A stretch of DNA of 64,000 nt from Mobula hypostoma (Eukaryota). The notes under the pieces were generated by a model. That model saw only the letters and a list, made by a program, of their open reading frames with translations, ran no database searches and was not told the origin of the DNA. This document shows, in pieces, positions 50,626 to 63,586 of this stretch; positions within the stretch are counted from its first letter, which is position 1; every line of letters starts with the position of its first letter. The position numbers and the translations under genes are program-made. The stretch is from positions 32,366,001 through 32,430,000 of the forward strand of contig NC_086108.1 of assembly GCF_963921235.1 (NCBI RefSeq). Direction: 5' to 3'.

Positions 50626-52239
50626 TGTTTTATGATTTGCTTTGGTGGTGGGGGTGGGGTGTGGGTGAGTGAGAGAATCAGTTGCATCAGCATTCTTAAA
50701 AAGTTTTCAATGAGTTCACTCTCCAATGACATTTACCATTTTCAAAAGCATTTGGGGGTAGAAATTAATGAAATCGTTTATTTTTATGATGACTTGGAAC
50801 TTCTGATAATATCTTCATACCACAAGGATCCAGAAGAAAAGCCTGCGGTTTAGTCCCTCCAGCACTTCTTTTCAGCATATGGCTCATTTGAAAAGTTCTG
50901 CATTGATGCTGAATTTCCCACAGCATCTCAAGTGAGGAATTCTATTTAATTTTTGTTCACAGCAAGTTATGCATTCTTGTCAAAAGCATGTCAACATTTC
51001 AAAAGATGTGATGGAACTTGAGACGGTTGCGAGGTGTGACAGAGCACTTGGTAAATGCACTCCTTCAACACGCACATACACTCACACACAAACCTTGTCT
51101 TCTGCTGTCATTGCAGTGAGTCCATGCACTTCATTGTCTTCCCCAGTATATTCTCATAGTTGTCCCACTGATTTCCCTCCGCATTGGCATTCAGAGTCAG
51201 ACACCAAAGTTTAGTTTAATTTTATTCTTAACTTTAAGTGCGCCATTGTGTTGAGTGTTCTGTTGTTTCACTGCTGGGTCCAAAACTGAGCTGATGTGCT
51301 CAGGTTGGCTTTATGGTGCCTTTCCCGCAATGCACGGCAAAATGTTCCATTTCTTTAGTGATGGCAATGTGTATATGTTTGTACATTGTGTTTAAGATTA
51401 AAAACTTGTGCTTATTTTGTAAAATGAGTGTAACTACATTGTGGGGTGCATCATATTCTAATTCATGTGTACTCTCAAGTTAACTTTGTGGGTAATTAAA
51501 GACGCTATGTCCTAGTGCCAAATAAAAAGGAGCTCATTGCCCTCCATATGAGAGAAAGATGGGGCTGCCAGGAGTTCATACTGGACAATAATAAGTATGG
51601 AGCTATTATTGTGTTTCCTGGAAATAACGTTTTGTCAATATTGGTATTTTTCTCTTCACTAATTTTTTATGTTTAATTTTTGGCACACATAATAAACACT
51701 GTTAAGCTAAAGTGTGGAGCAACTCCAGTGTGTTTTTTCCCTAGGGGTTGGGTACGTGGGTCATAACCCATGTATCTAACATGGATTGGCACTAGCTGGC
51801 AGGCCCACTCATCCTTTGGTCATTGCTATATTCAGGTCATTCCCTTGAAGTTGAGGAGATAGTTCCAAATATCATTACCATGTTGATAAGAAGGCATCTT
51901 GGGGCAGTTCCTTCTAAAAGCATTATCTCTCTGCTGAACAGACGAAAAATTCTGCAAACAGATTTTCCAGAGGAGGTTTGGAGGTGGAACCACTTGAAGG
52001 ACCCTCTCCTCCTAGTCTGAGTTTGGCCCTGGGCTGAAGTTCTTCCTCCTTTTGAGGTCTCTTCTGTTTCCCAGGCATCTGCTTCATTTTTAGCCTCGGA
52101 GGTTTCCTGACATGGGCGATCCCACTCTCTTGAGTTGAATGCACCCCTTTGCCACAGGCCATCTAAGGGCTGGAACTCTTTAGTTACAAGGAGAATCGGA
52201 CTAGGCTAATGTTACTTAGAATGAAGATGTACTGTATAA

Positions 52240-52782
52240 CAGCAGTCCCCAACCACTGGGCTGCAAAGCATGTGCTACCCGGCCATGAGGAATCAATATA
52301 AATCAGCTGCACCTTTCCTCATTCCAAAATATAACCTACCATATCATACCAAATAACACATAAAACCGAAAATAAATAACACTAATATATAGTAAAAGCA
52401 GGGAATGATATGATAAATACACAGCCTGTATAAAGTAGAAATAATGTATGCACAGTATAGTTGGGAAGATGAAGGCAAAACCGATTTGTGGGGGGGGGTG
52501 GAAAATAGGCACGTACGCGCATGCGCACGCAAGGCTTCATGGTTGTGGTAGTCTTTCCTGGGGTAAAGTGTCCCTGGGATTTGACTGCTATTTTTGTCCC
52601 TTATTTGGGAGTGAGAAAGTTGGCAACCCTAACTGTAAAAGACATGTCTGTAAAAGACATGTTGAGGTGAGTTTAACTCTACTTGAACACTCTGTCACCA
52701 ACCACCCCCCCAGTCAGCTGGTCTGCAAGAATATTGTCGATACTAAACCGGTCCGAGTTGCAAAAAAGGTTGGGGACCCCTG
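52240..52782. mobile_element. Non-autonomous hAT transposon (543 bp)
   Basis: TIRs CAGCAGTCCCCAACC / GGTTGGGGACCCCTG. Perfect 8-bp TSD CTGTATAA at 52232-52239 and 52783-52790. Confidence 0.92.
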
Positions 52783-53433
52783 CTGTATAAAACTTGGAAT
52801 TACCTTGGAGAGATGAACAACAAGGAAGAGGCCAGTAATAATGGAACATAGATTTAAATTGCACTGTTCTTATTATTTGCTAGTGATGAGGTATGGACTG
52901 TGCACAGCTAACAAAAAAAATGCAAGGCTGCTGGCAGTGACTTTGAATAGATGTAATAACTTGTAGATAAATTTCAGCCTGACAAATTTGTACTTTCAGA
53001 ACAAGTTTAAGGTGCACCTGTGGCTGGCCCAGTATGGAAGTCCAGGGGTAGTAACTCATCAGCTAACAAAGATATAGTGCAAGTGGTAAAAGGATTAGAA
53101 GAGCTGAAGAAATTCAGTGAGCAGAGATGGAGAGGGTCTGGAACTCTACACCAGAGAGAATGGAAGATAAAGAAAACTTTGACATTTAATAAACGTCTGA
53201 GGCTGTGCTTGCAAAACCATAAAATCTATAGACTGTGAATTGGGAAAAGGGATGAGATCTAATAAATTTCTTTTGTGAACTTGTATGAACTTGGGCCAAA
53301 AGTTTCCTTTGTTTTAAATGTCTATTTCCATACTTTACCCCTGCTGTCTTTTTTTCTCACCAATACAAATTAAGTTTTAGTTTTAATTGGACTAGTGCTT
53401 TAAATTTGTAATGTTACTAAAATTACCTAATTA

Positions 53434-54513
53434 CAGTAGATTCTGGTTAATTAGGACACATTGGACTAGTACATTTTGGTCCAATTAAGTGGCTGCCCCA
53501 ATTAGCCAAAGTTTCATGGAAATAATTAAACATGTGTACAAGGAAAAAAGACTGTTTAACTGAGTAACAAATTATGCCGTTGAATGAAACACAGAACAAA
53601 TTAGAACACTACCAATACTAGTGGTTGTGCATCGTATCAGACAGTGATAGGAGACCTGTGCTGGAGAGTTTTTAAAAGTGCAAATCTGTGGCACTGGGGT
53701 AGTTTCACTCTCTTGACCTAAGAAGTCTGAGTTCAGTAGAACGAGTAGATATCACAACAGGGGTCTTCCTGGTTGCAGTGGGTGACCGTGATTACTTCTG
53801 TGCCATGTCATGTCCTTCATACTGCACGTAGATTTGCAGAACCGCCTTCCTGGCTGTTGGATCTCAGTCTAGACCTCATCCGTCCAGTTTGCCAGAGCTA
53901 ACTTTGCATGTTAGGACAAGCATTTCCTTATCTTACTGGGGTGTGAGACCTGATTTAGCTCACCTGTTGAAGTGATGTACTGGGATGTGGCTGCTGTCAT
54001 ATGCAAACAGTTGCTTGGAGCCACAGGTGAGAGCTGAGTGTCCAGTGGAGATCAAAGATAACATTTAAGATAATTGTCGATGCCTTCAAATTCTACATAA
54101 TTCCTAACTTGTTGAAATAGTGAAATCGTTTCATTTTCACTCCTGGCTGTTTCTGGTATTTCTAAGTTAGAATGCTTGAAACAGTGGTGCACAAAACAGT
54201 TCTGCATTGTCTTGCTGCTTATTTTTCGCCAAATCAATGACAAAAATCACGCTTTTTGAACACAAACATGTGCAACTGAGTCTACTTAAAAACTGCTGTA
54301 AGCACAGTGTAATGTCTAATGGCCATGTGACATGCGCATGGCTGGAACGAGTTAGAAGATGTGTGACAACAGACTCCTGACCCAATTAAGTGACACATTA
54401 TCCCAAATAAACTAAGGGAATCCCGGCTATTTTCTCAATTTGTTTTTGTTCTTTGACTTGTCCCAAATAAGTGGCTGTCCCGATTAACCAAAGACAGTTA
54501 ATTGGAATCCATT
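53434..54513. mobile_element. TA-flanked MITE-like element (pogo/Tigger-like), probably with an internal insertion ~53620-54050
   Basis: TA-CAGTAGATTCTGGTTAATT... and ...TTAATTGGAATCCATTG-TA imperfect TIRs. Internal TCCCAAATAAGTGGCTG-type subterminal repeats. Confidence 0.55.
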
Positions 54514-54745
54514 GTATTTTTGAATTTCCTATGAACAATAGCAATTTTTTTTGATACTTGGCCAATTTGGTAGTTTATATTATGTTATAAAATTCCAAGT
54601 GTGCATTTGGGCACCGCTGTTAACTTTGTTCAATCTGTTACTTTGCATGAGGTTTACTAATGAAAATGATTAAAGATACTAAGAATAATATTGGTCTAAT
54701 ATGGACTGTCTCATTATGATTTAGCTTTTCTGATTTCCTTTACAG

Positions 54746-54796
54746 AAGGGGGCCTACTGGACCTAAATTTGGACCAAAGAATGACAAGATTAAACA
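54746..54796 (+). CDS. VAMP4: VAMP4 third coding exon (51 nt)
   Basis: TTTACAG|AAGGGGG...AAACA|GTATGT. Encodes (L)RGPTGPKFGPKNDKIK(H/Q), in phase with the previous exon. Later exons not seen in the window. Confidence 0.96.
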
Positions 54797-55457
54797 GTAT
54801 GTGCTTTTAGACTAATACTAACATATTCATTTTCTTTGATATTCTGTTTGTTATGTAATGCTCAAATTCTTGTTGTACTGCAATGTTTTTTAATTATGAA
54901 TAATTAAAAATTAATGCCAAAAGCAATTAGTCCACAGCTGAGCAATGCCGGAATGAAGACTCGGTCCACATTGTCAATGCAGTTTCTATAGCTGCCAGAT
55001 GTGTGCGATATTGCAAGAATACAATGTGAAAAATGTTTTTTAATTACATATTTGCTTGTTTTGAGATTACAATGTATTATTTTGTCAGGGTGTTGATGTT
55101 TCCATATGACACATGATTGACGGAAAAAGTTCATCTAACAAATACAGTAGTACAACATGAAGAATTATGGTTCAATGCTGTATTCCTATTAATGGTAGTA
55201 ACAATGTTCTATTTGTATTGATCTCCTTTTGATTCTCTTCGTGTACAAATTTATTAAAGTTGCAGTCTTTCCTCATTTTACCTAGATTATTTTTCCCTAA
55301 ATGTGCTCTCTGACAAGAACACCAAAGTTCCACCAGTTAACTTCAGTATTTAAACTTGCAAACATCTAATAAAAATGATGGTAACTCTGTTTTCTGGAAT
55401 GTGCCCTCCCTTTCATACACCTGGGCCCAGTGACCTATAAACCCCCCTTAGTATTCT

Positions 55458-55667
55458 AGCCGGCCAGTGGTGTAGTGGGATCTGCACCGGATCTCGAGGT
55501 GAGTGGTCCCAGACTTGAATCCAGCCAGCTCGCTGCATACTTTCCATTTGTACTGGGTTGAGTGTAGAGCTAGAACTCTGCCTCGTTTTTTTTTAAAAAC
55601 AGACGAATGCTAAAGAAATGACAAGGCTGCCACCTGATGCGTCACAAGGTGCAGAAAGGGAAAAACC
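55458..55667 (+). mobile_element. tRNA-derived SINE
   Basis: A-box-like GGTGTAGTGG and B-box-like ACTTGAATCC head, followed by a non-tRNA body. Confidence 0.55.
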
Positions 55668-56989
55668 TCATCTTCTGTAGTGTTTTGCATTCTTCCCAAA
55701 ACTGCATAGTAAACCTCTGTAATGTGGGACACTTTTGACTTTGGTATAGAACTGGCAGATTTTCTGAATTGTTATTCCAATACTCCGTGCTTTCAATTTA
55801 CTGTTAGTGTAGTTTTTTGTAAATCTGTTATATTGAGGAGAGTGGGAAATGGAGCCAGTTGAGTTTAAAGGGAATAAGAAGGCAAAAGTGAGTTTAAAGA
55901 GCATGATGATCAGTGAGCTGATTTTGCTGGTGGAAAAGTAGTGATTGACATCTGTTGAGTTAAGTCAGAAATCCTGATGATTAGAACAATTGATTCCTTT
56001 TGCTTAAATTCATGCTAACTGCCTTTCTGAGTGACTTGCAGTACCCTTCAGATTTTTCCAAGTAGCTGTCCACTTAGGATGTTAGTCTGACTGGCTTGTA
56101 AATAATGTCAACGTCCACAATAACAGAATGAAATCTGGAACTGATTTAACTAAGTTGTTTGTCTCTCGGCATAGAACTTGGCTAAAGTTTAACAACTGTA
56201 CTCCAAACAGCAACTGGTGAAATGTGTGGAATTCTGAGAGATCATTTAGGAGGTATAAATGAGCCCCAGCTTGAAGACTGTTAACCCATGTTAAATTGTT
56301 ATTCTACCATTTTTGTTTTTAAGAAGATTGAAAATAATATTCTTTGGCCAAAATTAATGGCAGAAAATCAGGGATTAGTGTTCACAGATGTGGACATCTG
56401 TGGCATTTGAAGTTAGTCATTTACCAATAACAGGCTAGTGAGCACAAATGGAATGCTATATTAAAATCTCCATCGTCAAAATAACCAGTGTTAAGAGAGC
56501 TGTTAATAATATTGAAGGGATTTAAACTGATACAGCAGGAATTTTTTTGGATGTACTCGAAAGACCCCACATTCAGTAAAATGTGGAAATACAATGTGCT
56601 TGCTTAGTTTTGTATACAAGTGAAAAAGGAGTTTCATTCCTGGGTGAATACACATCAAAGGGACAAACTTTTTGCCTTGCTCCTGTTAAACACTCTAAGA
56701 TTAGCAAAAGCTGCAACTGCTTCAAATATACAAGGCCATCTGTTAAAGGAAACTTTTCGAGCATAACTCAGGCTCAGCAAGTACATGGAGCTGTTCTTGA
56801 CCTGGATTGGTGGAGCATAGTAACAGAAATATATTGAGGTTTCAAGAGGAATTTTAAAGGGGAAAGGCAAAAATATGTTGTCACCTTGCTCCTGTGTTAT
56901 CATGCCTGTCATTACTGGCTTTCTCTGTTTCTGCTGTCATCCTTTCTATTCTTTCCCATCTATTTCACAGCTGTGCCTTGTTCTCCTTG

Positions 56990-57265
56990 CTATCATCAGG
57001 AAGGAGGTACAGAAGCCTGAAGCCACACACTTAACGATTCAGAAACAGCTTCTCCCCTCTGCCATCCAATTTCTGAATGGAACCCATGAACACTACCTTA
57101 CTACTATTTTATTTCTATTTTTGCACTAATTTAGTTTAACTATTTAATATAAATGCTTATTGTAATTCATGTTTTTTTATCTTACTATGGTGCATTGATT
57201 TGTACTGCTGCCGTAAAGTCGACAAATTTCAAGACGTATGCCGGTGATATTAAATCTAATTCTGC
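56990..57265 (+). mobile_element. Rex-type LINE 3' end
   Basis: ATCAGGAAGGAGGTACAGAAGCCTGAA...CAGCTTCTCCCCTCTGCCATCC is the reverse complement of the 46390-46480 type. Ends GATATTAAATCTAATTCTG. Confidence 0.75.
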
Positions 57266-58454
57266 ATTTCCCCTCCCCTTCCTTTTCCAATCGCACCCAC
57301 TTTCTCATCATTTCCTCTTTCCTTTCATAATAGCTGCTTTACATTTTTTTTTGCTGTTTGCACATTCCTGCTGTTTATTGATTCCTCTAGCTAATACATT
57401 GGATACAGTCTTTGCCAAACAGCACTGAGGCCAGAGCATGGTGAGCAGAATTTCTCAAGTTTTTTTTTCTACAAACTGTATATTCAGAGAGTTGAAAGGA
57501 ACTGATCCGAGTGCATTTGAATGAAATTATGGTAAGAGCAGAACTGGTGAAGAAGAAATATAGTACGATTTAGTCCTTGGCAAATTTTGGCATCTTGACA
57601 GATTCAAATGTCAGCAGTTTGGCATTTTATACTGCAATTATTGATGTAAGTTTGCTGCAAATAAAAAGGTGTGTTTGATGTATGTAGGTAACATCATGTG
57701 GGGCACAGCTGATCATATAAACATAGACATTTGGCTAGAATCCTGTCACTAGCTTGGATGCTCAGGCCAAAACCTTTTTTGTTTTGGTAATTGGTGAAAG
57801 ACAACGAAACACAATGGCCATAAAAAACTCACCCAACAGTGTTACTGTTATTGTTTTGTACACATTACTTGTATTTGTTACTAGCATCTGCCTTGAATTT
57901 TAACCTTGCTCGTCTTCCTGTAACTTTACCAAATACTTAAATTCCTAAATGTCCAGAAAAGAATATTATATTTTTCAAAAAAATTAAGATGAGGCAAAAA
58001 CACAGCATCCAAAACCAAAATATTAAGTTATAAGAAATCAGAAATAAAAGCAAAATGTCAGATTTACTTGGATTGGATGGGATAGCATTTGTGGAAAGGG
58101 AGACAGTATTAATGTTTCAGATTGATTACCTTTATTGGAAAGATCATGAATGAAAAGTCATTGACTTGAAATGCTCACTCTGTTTTCCCCATACTACCTC
58201 ATGGGCTGAGTACTTACAGTAGATTTTTATATTATATGTAGCAAGTTTGATAGGAGTTGTAAAGGTGTGGTAGAAGACTACAGTGCCATCATCATTTCAG
58301 TGGGCTTGTTCCCAGCTTGCACCTTAAGTCTGAGTGAAACTTTTACTTTTTTTTTATTGCCGTCGTTCTATGGTGGCAATTTTTAGTAATCTCTCTAAAG
58401 TTGAGACCCCAGTGCCAACTTTGTACCAAATTATTTTCTGAATTCTCTCAATAC

Positions 58455-60779
58455 CAGACATCCCACCCTGCAAAAACTCATTTCAGGGAGGTAGCACCCC
58501 TGCCCCCCGCAACCCCATGTCCCACCCACCCACCCCCCCCACTCGACCTGCAAGGTTGTATGTAATACTTTGTTTAGTGATTTTTGTCTTAGTCATAGTC
58601 ATACTTTATTAATCCCGGGGAAAATTGGTTTTCATTACAGTTGCTCCATAAATAATAAATAGTAATAGAACCATAAATAGTTAATAATATGTAAATTATG
58701 CCAGTAAATTATGAAATAAGTCCAGGACCAGCCTATTGGCTCAGGATGTCTGACCCTCCAGGGGAGGAGTTGTAAAGTTTGATGGCCACAGAAAGGAATG
58801 ACTTCCTATGACGCTCTGTGCTGCATCTCGGTGGAATGAGTCTCTGGCTGAATGTACTCCTGTGCCCACCCAGTACATTATGTAGTTGATGGGAGACGTT
58901 GACCAAGATGGCATGCAACTTAGACAGCATCCCCTTTTCAGATACCACCATGAGAGAGTCCAGTTCCATCCCCACAACATCACTGGCCTTGCAAATGAGT
59001 TTGTTGATTCTGTTGGTGTCTGCTACCCTCAGCCTGCTGCCCCAGCACACAACAGCAAACATGATAGCACTGGCCACCACAGACTCGTAGAACATCCTCA
59101 GCATTGTCCGGCAGATGTTAAAGGACCTCAGTCTCCTCAGGAAATAGAGACGGCTCTGACCCTTCTTGTAGACAGCCTCAGTGTTCTTTGGTCAGTCCAG
59201 TTTATTGTTAATTCGTATCCCCAGGTATTTGTAATCCTCCACCATGTCCACTGACCCCCTGGATGGAAACAGGGGTCACCGGTACCTTAGCTCTCCTCAG
59301 GTCTACCACCAGCTCCTTAGTCTTTTTCACATTAAGCTGCAGATAATTCTGCTCACACCATGTGACAAGGTTTCCTACCGTAGCCCTGTACTCAACCTCA
59401 TCTCCCTTGCTGATGCATCCAACTATGGCAGAGTCATCTGAAAACTTCTGAAGATGACAAGACTCTGTGCAGTAGTTGAAGTCTGAGGTGTAAATGGTGA
59501 AGAGAAAAGGAGACAGGACAGTCCCCTGTGGAGCCTCAGTGCTGCTGATCACTCTGTTGGACACAGTGTTGCAAGCACATGTACTGTGGTCTGCCAGTCA
59601 GGTAATCAAGAATCCATGACACCAGGAAAGCATCCACCTGCATCACTGTCAGCTTCTCCCCCAGCAGAGCAGGGCAGATGGTGTTGAATGCTCTGGAGAA
59701 GTCAAAAAACATGACCCTCACAGTGCTCGCTGGCTTGTCCAGGTGGGCGTAGACACGGTTCAGCAGGAAGACAATGGCATCCTCAACCCCTAGTCGGGGC
59801 TGGTAGGTGAACTGGAGGGGATCTAATTGTGGCCTGACCATAGGCTGGAGCAGCTCCAGAACAAGTTTCTCCAGGGTCTTCATGATGTGGGAGGTCAATG
59901 CCACCGGTCTGTAGTCATTGAGGCCACGGGGGCGCGGTGTCTTCGGCACAGGGACGAGGCAGGACGTCTTCCACAGTACATGATCCCTCCGGAGCCTCAG
60001 GCTCAGGTTGAATACATGGCGAAGTACTCCACATAGCTGAGCGGCACAGGCTTTGAGCACCCTGGTACTGATACCATCCAGTCCTGCAGCCTTGCTTGGG
60101 TTGAGACGTTTCAGCTATCTTCTCACCTGTTCAGCTGTGAAGCCCACCATGGTGGTTTCGTGTGGGGAGGGGGTATAGTCATGAGAGCAGGGTGGGGGAC
60201 TGTGAGGAGGGGTAGGAGGGGAGAGTGGAATATGTGTTGGTTGGGGGCTGACAACAGATGGCTCATGTCTTATCTGTAAACCAAGTTAGGTATATGCAGA
60301 AAATGTGACATTAAAATATGTACTTGCATTATATTATCATGTTTATTCTATTACAACTTTAAGCAAGTCTACAGGGAGTTTGGCCTCATCACATAGGACA
60401 TCAATAGAGTAGCTCCTTAGTAGCTAGCCAGCTGGTTTAAATAACGTTAGCTATGCTACTGAACCAATGACACCTGTTAAACTAACCTCAACATGTCTTT
60501 TACATTTTAACCCACCATGGGCAATAGAAAAGTCACTGTTGCAAACAGTGCAGCGAGCAACATTGTCATTTTTGAGGTCGACTGTAAAGCCCGCCCACAC
60601 AGAAAACTGATGGGTCTACTTTGCATGAAGAGAGACCAATCAGGATGCTCGCTCTTGCTCTCCCTCTCCCTCTCAAAAAAAATAGACTTCTGGGATATTG
60701 TATATGATTTCTGGGAGTCAGGGAGCCACTATCAATATGCGGGAGACTCCCAGAACTTCCGGGAGAGGTGAGATGTCTG
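58455..60779. mobile_element. Non-autonomous TIR DNA element (~640 bp without the nested LINE) with 6-bp flanking duplication
   Basis: TIRs CAGACATCCCACC / GGTGAGATGTCTG. CAATAC at 58449-58454 and 60780-60785. Confidence 0.75.
58592..60265 (-). mobile_element. 5'-truncated Rex1/Babar-type LINE nested in the TIR element
   Basis: ORFs 59536-60060 (YRPVALTSHIMKTLE, MFFDFSRAFNTI), 59208-59564 (APQGTVLSPFLFTIYTSD, KFSDD) and 58733-59104. (GTCATA)n tail. TSD TGTCTTA at 58585-58591 and 60266-60272. Confidence 0.92.
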
Positions 60780-63273
60780 CAATACCCCTATTCTTTCCTT
60801 AATTACACTCTGTTCTTAAATTACAGAAGCATACATTGCAAGAAGGACTAGTGAATAAGGGTTATTCCTTTAAAATAGAAAAAAAATTAAAGTTTGCAGG
60901 CTGATAGCTCAATTAAAATAAGATTTAGAAAAATCCAAAATTCGGTTCACTGAAAAGATCTGTCAAAATCTGAAGTTGCTGTTTATCTTTCAATGCAGAT
61001 TTACCTTTTCTGCTATTCTTGTAATTGGTACTGTCATTTTCCATCCTAGGCAGGTAACCTGCTAAGGTTATTCTGTAGTAAGGATTGTGTTTGGGGAAAA
61101 TCGTTGTAGATAACTTTACTCCAAGATGTGTGTTTCATATCATAGTTCTCAAATGAGTTGGAAATAGCTGGGAATAAAAGGCATTGAGTTATTTAGAAGT
61201 ACAACAGTTGGTGTGTTGCTTTCTTCTATAGTTTGCTAGTTAGTTGGAGGAGTTACTCGATTAAAATTTTCATAAATTGGAACAGGATTAATCCGTGCTG
61301 CCATAGTTAATTCTGTAATCCCTCCAGCCTCTTATCTAATTGCATGAGTCCCTGGCTAAGCTTTTATATCAATACCAATTTCCTGTTCTTTGCTCATGCC
61401 CCTTGCTGACAATCAGTCTGTTTTCAGTATACAGAATATCTGTAGCCTTCGGACAGAAAACTTCAAATCAAAATGTTGTTAAGTTGGATAGCAGCTCAAG
61501 TTCTAATGTGATTATGTTATCCATTTAATGACTTTACCTCTTGACTCCCTTCAGTTTAGAATGGGTTTTCATTTAAATTGATTTGCTTTGCCGAATATTC
61601 GTTAATGAGTGCTAACTTGCCACTGCAGAAATTTAAAATTTTGTCTAATTTAGATAGTGATTAAGCATTCGTTCATCAAATACTGAGTTCTATTCAGAAA
61701 TCTTGTGCTAACATTTGACTTTTCTATTCATTCATTTTATTACTTTTTTAACGTGACAATAAACAGTCAAACAGGGAATTTATTTATACTATATAAAGGT
61801 AGTTATTTTAGACTAATCCCAGTACTATTTGCATGTCTGCATGATCTCCTTGTGAGAACCCGACTGATTTTGAATGATTGATGTAATTTGACTTTTCAGA
61901 AAAAGGGAATATTCAATACTTTCATTTTTATGTTGATACAATCCAGCTCCCTTGAAGGAGAATGTAATTTCTTTCCACCTTTTTTTTCATTCACTCCTGA
62001 TATTCATATGAAAGTTTATTAACTGAAGTTTATTCGTTCGTAAGAAGAAACACTTCATGGCCATTTAAGGCAGAATCAACTGCTAAAGGCATAGAAGATA
62101 CAAATGTTATTTCTTTTTTCTTGTAAATGCTTGCAAGGAAATTAATCTCAAAGTAGAATATGGTAACATATAGGAACTTGGTAATTTACTTTGAATTAGC
62201 GCAGTTAGTTTGTCAGCATTTATACTTTACCTAAGCAAATACTTTTAATCAGGTTTCTCCATTCTGTTTCTGCCTTGCTTTTATTCATCTATTCAACTTT
62301 ATCTTGAATTTTGCTGTAATTTCTGCCTCAGCTTTTTAACAGATGTAAATTGCACATCAGCCTTCCGTACCAAGAAATTTCTCTTGCTGTCTCTCAAAAT
62401 TTATAGTCCTTCCTTTTCTGTCTTTTCAGTGACTTCATTGAGAATGATGCAGTCTTCCTTTATTGAATTTCTCCCATTCTTAAATTATTTTAAAAATGAA
62501 TCGTCAGTAATGCGCAGAGTAACAAAGATCTAGAGTTTTACCAGGCAGTTTTGTTCACTCTGAGCTATATACTTTTTAAAGTCATGGTAGTATGGTAGCT
62601 ATGCTGTACCTAGTAGCCAAGGTTCTAAATAAAATTTTGTAAAGGCTAATTGTTAATTGCAGGTTTAAGTGCGGACAATAATGATGTAATATGGGGAATT
62701 GAATTGTCTTTATTACTTACATCCTTCATATACATGAGTAAAATTCTTTACGTTTCTGTCTAATTGTGCAATTTATAGTAATTTATAATGGTATGTACAA
62801 CAGGACAGTCAATATAACAGAATTTGAAGTTATCACAAAATTATAGTTTGCAATTAAGTTAATATTAGTCAGACAGGAGAAACAACCCTGCTCTTCAAGA
62901 AATTATAATACATATCCCAAAGGAGACCTATTGATGTATGTAGGAAATATGACTCTGACTTAATATATTAATACACCTAGTTTGTGTATTGATAAAACTT
63001 GAGAGCTGCTTCTGAGGAAAAGAAACGTGTTAGAAGTGGAAACTGGAGGATTAATAACTGGGTTTGGAAGGCATTGAAAACAAAGGGGGGAAGGCAACAC
63101 AAACCTGGCTTTGCTTAATGACCTCTTTTAAGGAGTAGAAAATAAAGCTCATGAATTGAGGGCACAGATTAACTTGAATGACCATGATACTGCAGCTTTT
63201 CTGAAATCCGAGTTTAAGGTGTGGAAGGTAAGTATGCTTTTTCTAGGGTTTTGTCCCAAAATAATGGAATAAG

Positions 63274-63586
63274 TGTTGGCGCGTGGCCAAGTGGTTAAGG
63301 TGTTCATCTAGTAATTTGAAGGTCACTAGTTCGAGCCTGGGCTGAGGCAGCGTGCGTGTCCTTGAGCAAGGCACTTAACCACACATTGCTCTGTGACGAC
63401 ACCGGTGCCAAGCTGTATGGGTCCTAATGCCCTTCCCTTGGACAACATCGGTGGCATGGAGAGGGGAGACTTGCAGCATGGGCAACTGCTGGTCTTCCAT
63501 AAACCTTCCCAGTCCTGTGCCCTGGAAACCTTCCAAGGCGCAAATCCATGGTCTCATGAGACTAACGTATGCCTATATATAAAAAA
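63274..63586 (+). mobile_element. tRNA-derived SINE
   Basis: A box TGGCCAAGTGG, B box AGTTCGAGCC, body GTCCTTGAGCAAGGCACTTAACC, A-rich tail. Flank repeat AATGGAAT(A/G)AG at 63263-63273 and 63587-63597. Confidence 0.8.

Noticed and set aside
51735..51741. Possible 7-nt micro-exon (CCCTAG|GGGTTGG|GTACGT)
   Set aside because: It would frameshift VAMP4; the flanking exons already join in phase and match the known protein.
63274..63350. tRNA gene (also 18190-18264 and 55458-55530)
   Set aside because: A/B boxes are present, but there is no convincing cloverleaf or terminator and each continues into a SINE body.
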